Assembly (NCBI GenBank): GCA_030141605.1
Contig: JAQGDQ010000008.1
Span: 558,001-622,000 of the forward strand
DNA from: Tubiluchus corallicola
Lineage: Eukaryota > Animalia > Priapulida
DNA length: 64,000 bases
Direction of reading: 5' to 3'
Part shown: positions 22,604 through 34,600 of the stretch, piece by piece
Layout of the letters: each line of letters begins with the position of its first letter
How positions within the stretch are numbered: position 1 is the stretch's first letter
The notes under the pieces: model-generated
Database searches by the model: none
What the model was told of the DNA's origin: nothing
What the model saw: the letters and a program-made list of their open reading frames with translations, nothing else
Made by a program: the position numbers and the translations under genes

Positions 22604-25600
22604 CTGAAAATAAACAAGTTTTTCAGAAGAACACAAGACTCACAGCTCAAATGTTATTAAAGCCAAAGTTGTAGCTTTACTGTGCAAATTTTGTGGATCA
22701 TACCCCTTTGCTATTAAACTACTAAATGTTAATAAGACAATGTCCCCGTTTACTATATCAAACAAGGTGGTGCTACAACACGGAAACACAAAGTAATGTG
22801 ACGGCCTCACTCCCAAGAAACTCCTGAAACTCTTACCTCCTTCAAATTTCCTTTCTGACGTATACAGTAGTATATGGCATATAAAGGTATAGGTATCATC
22901 GACATCATTGCCACAACCCATCCGATGCCTATCGTCCAGGAGGGATAAGTATAACCGGAATAAGTTACTGTAGTTTGATATATTGCGGTTGTTATGAGGA
23001 TAAACTGGAAGACAAATACAAATGTCACGAAATAGTTGGAAAACCAGGTTAATTTATTAGATTCTGAGCTTGTTACTTGGTTGTATAATTTCCATATTTG
23101 ATAACAGTCCTGTGTTTCAAGTGAAGAACCTCGATTATGTTTAATATTGTTTATGCTGCATAGACATTAACATTTTTTCTAAACTCCTTTATGTTCCAAT
23201 AGACAGAGGAAGTATGACTGGTGCAATCCCTATTCACAAGAGAAAATTCTTAGAAATACTCACAATAAGTACAAATGGTACAACGATCATCCACATGGCA
23301 ACAAAAAGATATTTCACAATGATATTGAGTTTCATGTCCACCATAAACTCTACCTCGTCCAACAACCTGAATGGTCCTGTGAAATATAAGTACAATGTAA
23401 TGAGAAGAACAATATAGTAAAAAGCTTTATCCATTAGCTGTGCAATTCTTTGTCTCAACTTTTCATTAGTTAGCGGAGAAATATTGGCCTGGTTCTAGAT
23501 TATTATCATCACTTGAAATTGCAAGTGAATTAGTGGAAATATATGGTCTAGTTTCATTTATAGGAAGAAATGCACAATGCTTACGTCTATAAGTTTCTGA
23601 TTAAACCATTTTGCACTCAAGAAAATACACAGTTTGATAAGTTAGATATGTTAAATAAGTTAGTTAAAAGTTGCAAGTTAGATAAAAACAACTATTTGAT
23701 TAACTTTAAATAAGGACAAAACAAAATATTTTCTTTTCTGGCCAGTTTTTATAAACCTCAATGAGATCTTCACAGTCAAATTAATTCAAATGTGTTCAAA
23801 ACCTATAATATTATACATCAATGTAGTATTAGCTATTTTACGCTATTTTCTGATTAAAATCATGGTTAAAAGATGCCATTGGGACTTATGTAACTCTGGC
23901 ATTCAATATAGGGTTGTCTATGGAATCAAATAATCAAATTTATTCCATTTCCTTAGCCTAACAAACGGGAAAATACAAAAACTAAATAACTCTTGCAGAC
24001 GAATATGGTCAGTTAATATAGAAAAATACATCGCAGGCATGAATGATGTTCGTATGTTCAAAGGCAAAAGAGACTTAATATTTTTGTTACTCATTTATTG
24101 TAAAGCAAGGCTAACTGGCTTAGCTTCTTTATTATACTAATGTCTTTGCATTTTGTAGTGCTTTGAAACTCGTCTCTACATTCTGTTTAAATTGAATTCA
24201 TTGTTTGGCTACTCGAAGTGATAGATTCATTTAAAAATAGCTGCGTGATAGATTCATTTAAAAATAGCTGCAGTTCTGCAAATTTGTGTTTATGAAAAAG
24301 TGCAATCAGTTTATCTGCTGATTAGACATTAGTTGTGACTGTCATACTGTTTCGCTTAGTTTAGTTTAGTTGAGACAGTTGTTGTTCAGAATGAGCTCTT
24401 ATCCCGAAAGCCGCTGAGCGTGCTTAAGTTACAGTGGAGGCGGAGCGATAGACCAATGTTTGACGTCAATTCATTGATTTAAAAGCGTCAAAAGAAAATT
24501 ACTTTTCTAATCGACCATGAAGATGGGCAGGAAAAACTGCTATCTGTTCCTTACAATTTATTATTGTCTTCATATACGATTTATAATCTAATGCTTTACA
24601 CAAAATCGGAAAGATAAACAAACCATATATCCAGCCAATAGCAACAACCTCACAAAGTGAAATAACCATTACAGAGTAACCGGCAGCATACCAATCGAGC
24701 AGGTAGAATACGTAGGCACCACCCTATAAAAGCATGCAAGAAACTGATGTTACCTTACACGGCAGAGAACAGTTCAGCATTACTTTAGAAGACAAGTACA
24801 TAATGTAAAATTATGAAATCAAAGAGTACTATAAGGCTTTGCTTAACGATCGTAAAACACCACAATGATCCCACTAGTAATAACTAAATATAACGTTAAA
24901 TGAAGTCACTTTCCACAGGGAAAAGTGTTTTCCTCCAGCCACATGGATGCAAATACATGCTATTAAATGTACCGGAACATGTGACACTGTGGGTTAGACA
25001 AGCATCAAGTTGTACAAATATAGGTCAGTCTAACAACCTGAATCATTAGGGCAAATACAGCTGGGGAAACTTTAAAAACTACAAACACAAGAAAATAACT
25101 TTCATTCAAAGTAAGTGACACGTCTAGCGCTACACATCACAAAACTTTGCAGAATTTATTAATTTGTAATATTACGAGCTTTCTTATTTAGAAGGTCTTG
25201 AAAAAACATGATCCTAAGTGTGGTTACTTTCAGTTGAAAGTTCTTAGGTGACATTCGTGATCACCACCAAGTTAAAAAACTCAGTTTACAAAAGTTAAAT
25301 CTTGTACAGTACATTTAACTAAAAAAAGTAATAATATGTGCAGTGTTATTACTGGTACTATCCTGTGTTTGATAAATCGAATGTAATTAAACATGAAATA
25401 TATATGTACTTTAATGAAAAGGAGATTCATTTAAAAATAGAGATAACTGTAAGTGAATCAGCTCTTACCCTTGTGGTCATACTAAGACCTAGCAGAAACA
25501 TGACAAGGCAGCAACCAATCAAGATGAACAATTTCGATCTTTTCCAGCGACGAGTGATATAATGGAACTCATCAGAAATGGCCGTAACAACTGTCTCAAT

Positions 25601-28600
25601 CATCACAAACTGAAACAAAGTTTCGGTAAAAAATTAAAAAATACAGAAACAATATTAATCAAATAGTCAGTCCAGTAGAGTTAAGAATCCATGTTCAATT
25701 ACAAAATATCTGAAAAGGTTGTGAATAAAACTGCAAATAAAATTGTGAATTTGATGAAGAGATGACTCTGTATAATTTTCCTACAATTCATTTATGTTTG
25801 GAACTTTATTGGTAATCCTAATTTAAACAGAAAGGACAAAACGACATAGCACATGCATCATGGGATTTACATAACAATACATGATTCCTGAAACTACTAG
25901 TTTGGTTGAAGGGACTGTGACAACTTAAAATAGAAAATTATTTAAAAGGAATCTGTTTCCACCACCCGATAAAACAATTTTGAAAAAATAAGTAAATATA
26001 ACATTACCTGGCTGTCTAAGCCAAGGGTGAGCAACATAAAAAAGAAAAGAACTGCCCATAATGGTGATATCGGCAGTAAACTCAGTGCCTCTGGATAAAC
26101 AACAAAGGCAAGACCAGGACCTGAAAAACACGCAATAAAAATTCAATTGAATTTATGCGGTGCATTCACTAAACTAACAAACCAGAAAACAGACTAAACT
26201 GCACATTTAAAAATAAATTACCAAAAATATGTTATTAAATTTTGCATTTTTTCTTTTTTTCTTTTTGTTTATGCAATTCGCAATCCTGCAAGCTGGCATC
26301 CAGCACTCAACAGCAGGTCCTCCTGAACTTAGACAGTCGTGGCAAAATCGGAACCTGGCAAATTAACAAGGTTATAGCACAAAGATAAGCCACCGAACTA
26401 GCATAAGTATCCTATCTTTATCTGGAAGTACATACATCTTTTTATGCAGTAAAGAGCTAGAATCAGTACAGCAACTGAAACCACCACGAGTGAGAACTGA
26501 AACCACCTCGGCGAGTCAAGCTCAATTCATAAAAAGCATAGACTGAACTATTATTGCATTTTAGAGCACTTCTGTGACCATGTAGAACAAAGACTTGCTC
26601 TTCTAGTCTGATACCAGAGCAAGTACCAAAGTTTCTTCAAGTAGCACTCACAAAATCAATGCTCAGCTGCTTCCTTCTACAAAAGGTCTCTTACAATTTA
26701 AAGAACAAAAGGTGGAATATATCAGCTTAGTTCCATTACATGGATATAATCCCCTAACATACCTGAAGCTACTACATCTTTGACCTCTACTTTTGCCACA
26801 TGTGCCATATTGCCCACAACCGAGAAGACCACGAAACCAGCAAATACGCTTGTCCCACTGTTAATTAATGGCACCATGTATGAATCTCTGAAATACAAAA
26901 ATGAGACGATTACAATGCTGCAACGCTGCTTTTTACAGTTTATCAAGCTTATTCCAACATGCAAAAAATCCTTGCTACAAAACCTGCTTCTTTAGTGAAT
27001 GAAACCTGACACAAGGTGGCATTCACTAAAGAAGAAACAATGTTTGCTGAAACTGCACATCAGTCTCTTTCTTCAACAATCACAGCAATAACACATTATA
27101 ATGAAAACTACATTATATGTAAATATGCATCACCATTCAACATTATTACCACGATAATAGCGAACAGAAATTGCTAATCAAGGAAAGATTAGCAATTTTT
27201 CAAAGTAAAACAATTTTTAAGACACATCCGTTCCGCTAACTCTGTTAAAATAATTGGTAATTGAAAGTGGTTCTGTATAGTATATTGTTACCATCAAACA
27301 ATTTTCAAATTTTCCATTGCATAATTTATCCATATAAGTAAACACACGGCACACATTGTTTTAAGCTTTTCAACTATTATCAACCACTTCTGAGAATATT
27401 AGTTTCACCAACCGATAATGAAAAAGACACACCGTAACACATTGTTCCGGAATCTGTTATATGAAGCCATTGTTATCAAACCACCCCAACCAGGTCCCAA
27501 TGAGTAAAATATTTGTATGCAGGCTTCACCCCATACCTAAAAATGTAAACTTGCATTAATTAAACACTAATTCACGAAAAACTGATTAAAGACATCGGAA
27601 ATTGCAGCATTACGACTCTAACCTTCTAGGATCAGACAATGAACTGGCAGAAGTGTCACAGCCATGTTCTGATAGATATGCGTCCTTCAGCAGTGAGGTA
27701 AGTAACCAGAAGCAATAAAGTGATTAAAACCATTCAGAGCAATTACTGAACAGGCAGTCACCAATCCATTTACTGACCAACTCCTAACTAGGTACTTACC
27801 ATGACCACTTGACTATTACTCTCAAACTCTAAACTAAAGAAAATAATATAAAATGCCAAAAAATAACAGATGGATATTATCTATGGCACATGCTTTTAAA
27901 TCCATAATATGCAACTCTCCAAAAAGCGAAAATCATTGGACAACCCAAATGGAAAATTTTGGCAAACAACTCAAATCCTCCATGAAGAATGTAAACAGAG
28001 CCAGATTGTGCATTAGCAAACAATTGGTGAAAGGAATGGCTACTAATCTCAGCTGACAAGCGAAGTGGAACAAGTGAGAGTCATAAAAATTTCCCTTCTG
28101 GGGGACAAGTGTTTGCACAGTAGCTGCAGACCTTGGAAGATGCCAAAAAGCAGCAAGAACTAGACAAAAGCAAAAATTACACTTTCCTGGAAGCAGCCTA
28201 TTTAGGAATAACAAAGTTAATAAGTTCTTTTCCTAGTCACGGATCCTACCAGAGACAGCCACACCTTAACTTTCTTGAAACTAGTACCCTAAAATTGCAG
28301 TCCATCCCTCATGCTACCCTATGATAAGTAATGCTAACCTGTAATGCTGGTGCTATTAAAAATTCGAACCTGTTCTGGTGAGATTTAAAGCAATATCAAT
28401 TAAAATGTTTTATCGAAACATAACAGGCATTATGAGAACCGTTCAAGGTCAACTAAAAAACCATTAGTTCGTAAGCAAGGAAGGAAATTTTTTAAGCGTA
28501 TTCAGGAAACCGAATTCCTATTGGAAGACTGACAGACACATTTGAAAGTTTTGTTCAAATCATTGAAAGTCTATAGGACAAAATAAAACTTTAAAGAGTC

Positions 28601-31600
28601 AAGAAAAAATTAACAACTTACAAAGAACAATGCAAAACTGCCATTACTAACATACTTAAACCTACAATCCAAGGCACACGAGATGAGAGACACCATAATC
28701 CATTTTACTGTACATAGCCCATAGCCATCCTGCTATTGAATTCCTAATACCTCATTGAAATGCAAAGCACATCACAAAACAAGGAACATAATTATTATAA
28801 ACTTCATACTAGGCAAGCAATTTCATCAGCGTGACTGGATCTAATACGACTCGTAAAAACAATAATAAGATATCGAGCAGAAAACCTGAAGAAATCAAGC
28901 GGAAGTTAATCAAAATTTGTAGTTAATGCGTGATTATGAAAGCGTACTAATCAGCTATTCACATTCTAAAACAAAGATTTACTAACTATTTACCATTCCC
29001 AGCTAAAATTTTTAATAAAGGATAAAGTGCAGTAATGTTGCAGTGTAATTTGCATTTTCACTAACACATGCGGAAGATTTCTGTCATTAGACAATCGTAC
29101 CTAACAGTGACTTCATCCTTAACTGCATTCATGGACAGTTAACTAAGTTTTTAAGTTTACAATTAGAAGCACTAAAAATTATATTCATTGAAAAATGTAT
29201 AAAGTCCAAAATAAGTCAGTTTAAAGAAAAGCCTCTTTATATTACCTTACTCGTGGCACAGAAACAAGTTACTTAACAAAATTCATTTACAGTACAACGG
29301 AGGCAATATAAAAGCAGAAGCTGCTAGTGCAGCCAAACAACCATATCTAATGCATCCAGTAGCTTTTCTTATTAAAAAAAAATAAATACCTTGTAATCTT
29401 TTAGTAAAGTAAAGTTTGGCTTGAGGTAGAACTTGACCCCCGCTGCAGCACCGGGTAATGTGACCCCACGTATGAGCAGTACAAGCAAGATGACGTACGG
29501 AAACGTGGCAGTGAAGTATACAACCTACAACGAGAAGTACGTGCACCACTTCAATATACTTTGCAGTGACCTTCTGACAACTAATTTACAGTTTATAAGT
29601 TCGTAAAATCAAAAGTAGTGAAAGTGAGTATAATCAAAAACTTTGGAAAAAATTGTCAAAGCAATATGTACACGAAAATTTAAATTTCCACAAAAAGTAC
29701 ACTTTAAATTTTCCCAAATAATGTGAAAAGTCATGATATTTTAAAGAAAACTCATACACATTCACTGAACACTTTCAGTACTTTTATATAAAAAAGTGAA
29801 ATGATGCTTCAAAATCTAACAATACAATGATTTTATGAAAGAATACAGCAAAGGTTTGTTAAATTTATTCTAGAAACCAACAAAGGAGACAAAATGGCCT
29901 AGCTTTAAAATCTAAACTCATTTACATTTACTAGGTAATTTTCAGTAATAATGCTAACAAGTAAAGCACTAAGAAGAAAATATCAAATAATTATAAATCG
30001 AAATGAAGCTGGCAAAAAATGTTAGTTGAAGGATGCAAACAAAAAATATATAGTAATTGTTAATGGATAAAACCACGCATCAAATAGTAGCCACAAAATA
30101 CAAAATTTGCAGCAAAAATCTAATGAAAAACACCGGATAACTGGGATACCTACAAAACTTTGCTGTACTGCCATCTCTCGTGAATGAAGGCATGCAAAAT
30201 TAACTTATTTGCAAGAATTTCAAAGTAATTAAAATCTGGGATACAATAAATCTGACGACATTCTATAACACATAATTTAAATAAAACGCTATTCGATCAC
30301 TAGTTATGTTACCGGGTGTCGAATGTGGCCGGCACAGCACGGAACGGCATGAGCGTACACACTTCTACAGAACGAGAAACCTCTACAATTGGATCAAATA
30401 CCAGTAAGAGACAATGCGAAATTAATTACGCTGCATAAAACAAATGTTCTTTACAAAAGCTTAAAAATTTTACTAAATCACAATTAACAATTACGCAGAA
30501 ACTGCACAATGTTCAAAATTCATATTACGTCAAATTGCATACTGTATTTGTGAATATTTGACATACGTTTTGACATTAAAAAATCCGCTCGTATTAATTT
30601 TCAGTCACTAACTACAAACTGGTTAGTCTTCAATAATAATAGTACGTGTATAAACATGTATTATCCGTATATTTTTACCACAGATTAAAAAAAAATTACC
30701 ACACCATATAAATAGACTATTCATATTTTTCTTTTCAGATAACTATAATAATTGTTTTTCATCTAAGCACATGTGTAAAAAGCAAGGATAAATCTATAAA
30801 GGGTAATGCCTCAATATGAACAAAATTTTTCAAAAACGATAAAACAAACGGAAAAATTTGAATTTGCAAAGCAACCTTTTATGTTCAAAAATATTACCAA
30901 TACATTCAAGCTGCATTTTCCAACATTAAACTTTCGCAAAACAAAAAAACATAGCATGTTTAAAAAATGCATCAATTACCATAAAAATGACTTGTGTTAG
31001 TTTTAAACCATCACCATGCTAGTTTGATAGACTTAAAGAGAGCCAAGGTTGTAATGGAAACTCAAGCTATATTAAGTACCTTTCCTGAGGATTTAACTCC
31101 TCGGCAAACACAGCAGAATACTATGATCCAAGCAACAGCCAATGCTAGAAACATTTGCCATCTAACGCCATTTGGAGATTCAATGCCGTCCGAGACATCC
31201 AAGATGTAGCGTCTGAAAAAATAAGAATTTGGAAAACAGTAGTACAATAAATATGCTAATCTAAATGAGAGGACACTAAAACACTACAAATAATCATCTA
31301 AAATCCCCTAACGGGTTGGTGCCAAAGCTTCATTTGGGGTATGAATGCAGCTTCGCTCAACAAGAGAATTAGTGAGGGAGGGGACAATATGAATATTTCT
31401 TGGTGGTTACTCGTCTATTTACTAGTAAGGTTTACCACTGCTTAACTTTCAAATCCCCCGTGACTAATTCCTCCACTCAATATACTCTTTTTGGTATATT
31501 GCTTAAAACACTTTGATCAATTCTCTTGGACTAGCAAAGATTTTTTGGGGCAACAGAAAATGTTCGGAACACGATGATATCAGTGGAATGTTTGCACCTG

Positions 31601-34600
31601 CACCTGTTTTGCTCAATATTATTGAAAATATTAAATTATTTAAACAAGTGCTAAGGCCCTTCAATGTAGGACAACAGGCGAGTAGTCACAGTGTTTGTTT
31701 TCTGTACAATTATGCAATGCTGGACCCGACCAGTAATTGGATTCATGACCACAGGATCAGTTACCACATTCCTGCTGGCAGCTAACGTGGCTAACACACT
31801 GTTATTCATCTTAGGCTTAAAAAATTATCTATTGAAACGAGCAGAGTTTTGGCCTGCCACAACCACTAGTAGCAAGTCGTACCATTCAGTGCTGGATTCT
31901 GGCTTGTGCTTAAAAAATTATCTATTGAAACGAGCGGAGTTTTGGCCTGCCACAACCACTAGTAGTAAGTCGTACCATTCAGTGCTGGATTCTGGCTTGC
32001 GCTTAAAAAATTATCTATTGAAACGAGCAGAGTTTTGGCCTGCCACAACCACTAGTAGTAAGTCGTACCATTCAGTGCTGGATTCTGGCTTGCGCTTAAA
32101 AAATTATCTATTGAAACTAGGAGAGTTTTGGCCTGCCACAACCACTAGTAGTAAGTCGTACCATTCAGTGCTGGATTCTGGCTTGCGCTTAAAAAATTAT
32201 CTATTGAATCGAGGAGAGTTTTGGCCTGCCACTACCACTAGTAGTAAGTCGTACCCCACTCAGCGCTGGATTGTGGCTTGCCTAGTGTTGAAATGAAGAC
32301 ATTACCATTAACAAGACTAAACCATCACGTTTTTTGGCTTTGGCCTTTGACCATTCGAACCAAACCTGTGCCAAGATTAATCTGTTCTTCTATTTTGATT
32401 TTGAGACTTTTTAACTTTGTGGCCTTGGTCTTTGACCTTTTCAACGAAAAATCAAGGGTTTCCAGCTTTTACTCAGACACATTCCTGCACTATGTTTGAT
32501 GATTATAACTTGGTGTGATTATACCAAATTTGATATCTTTGTGTGGACAGACACACAAACTATAAAATGATACTAAACATCCCATTTACACTTCAGGTAC
32601 TGTGAGCATGGATACAAACAAATATTACCAAACAGATATGTATTTGTCAACGACTAGACCTCGACACCATCTGATTAGGAAGCTGGAGATCCTGGAGGAA
32701 GAGCTATAAAACGCATTTGCAAGTGAGGAAAAAAACAACTATTTCTCGCTTTAGTTTCTAGAAAAAACTATTTCTTACTCCCAAAACTCTTCAGATGGTG
32801 TCCTCGGCTTGACGGTCGTATTCGTAAAAGCGTCAAAAAATGTTTTATTTTCTCCAGAAGTGCGGTCCAAACAGTATATGGAGTTCCACCAGTTTCCACA
32901 GGTCTTCCATGGCACATCTCTAGCAAATGACTTATACATGTAAAACAGCGACCATGATAGAATGATGTTGTAGTACACGCACAGCACTGACGTGACGACT
33001 ACAGTTCCAATACCTACACCTACAACAACAGAATAAAATTATATTCCTTCTATTATTAATGAGTAACTGAACAATAGGGAAGAAAACCAAAACTGCAGTA
33101 ATAGCAAGTATATTTCATCAGGATTTTAAGTGTTACTCTATTCAGTTATTTGATAAAAAGAAACAATTATTATTTTCTGATTCACAATACAATTCTCAAG
33201 CCATTAAGGATGAAAGTGAAATTTAGATGATTTACAACTTCACAGCCAAAACAGCCAACCATGAAGATTAAACTTCATCAGAAAAGCTTCTAAGCCATGG
33301 TGCTTCTATCTAATAAACTACTACTAATAGTTTGACAGAGGGAGTTAATAAAGAGGAAAAAATTCTATAATGGGAAAGGAGAACCAGAGCATTTTAAAAG
33401 GACAAGATTTATGCTCTCTATGAAACCCTATCAACATGAACTAATCAGGCCTCTAAGTAACATCATAATGCACAATGAGGTACATTACTTGAAATATTTA
33501 ATACTAATGTTACTGCGCTTCATTGAGCCAACAAAAATATAACAAAATGTCAAAACACCTGAATAAAAAAGAGAAAAATTTGAAATAAATAACAGCAACA
33601 TCAACATACATGAACAATTAAACATACCTTTAAAAATTGGTGCTAATCGCCATATTTCTATTGCACCACAGCTGGAAAACTGGCCAATAGCAGTTTCCAT
33701 GAAAAACAATGGAATGCCGCAAACGAACAGTGCGAACATGTATGGAATAAGAAATGCACCTAGGAAAAAAATTATTGGTAACAAACGATTTAATGAAATA
33801 TCATGTTCAATAATAAAATTTCTGATCACTGAATGAAGTTAAGTAATGCTGAGGTTGATCAGTAATGAAAGACCTGGTTGAAGAACGACGCATCACATCC
33901 AAACACATACCTGTTGGAATGATGTCTCGATAATTAATTGAATAGGTGCTGAATACCAGCTTGCATAGTGTGTATAAAAAGTCGTCACTGGACTACCAAT
34001 GCCCCCAGGAGATTAGTTCAATGTCAAAAACAATTTTCTCAGATTTGAGATAGTAAAACTAACACGGGTATCCTCAAAATGTATGAGTGCTGAACAAACT
34101 AAATAACTAAAGGCAATTTTCATGAACAGTCACTCATCGATTTACAAATCAGACTTCATGGCATTTAACTATCATAGTCAAGCACTCAGGGTGACCATCA
34201 TTACTCTAACAAATAACATAAATGTGTCCCATAAAGATCAATACTATACATATTAGTGATATGAATGTATTTGGAAAAAAATTGTGTGGACAACAAATAC
34301 CATTTTTCGAGATCAAGGTCAAAAATTTACAAGAAATGTACTTTGATGGGAGACGGAATTGAAGTACAGTAGGTGAAATCCTATCAACAGTTTAACATGA
34401 TGTCCTTCTATACCACTTTGCCATCAACTGTCACCTAATTTGCTAGGTATCTCTTTGAAAACTCAACCATCGTTTAAATATGCGCAATTTGACCAGTTCA
34501 AGCAAACGCTTGCGGGTATGCATTTATTGTACCAAGGTCAATTTACTGCTGAGCTAAAATATACACCAGCATCCAACTAAGAAACTTTGACTTAGTAGTA

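Noticed and set aside
24218-24271. 27-bp exact tandem duplication
   Set aside because: Ordinary slippage duplication in an intron with no further structure.
31691-32296. 201-aa repetitive ORF, or a CRISPR-like array
   Set aside because: The whole 93-bp unit repeats with no unique spacers, no cas genes are present, and the context is a eukaryotic intron. The ORF follows from the unit length being a multiple of 3.
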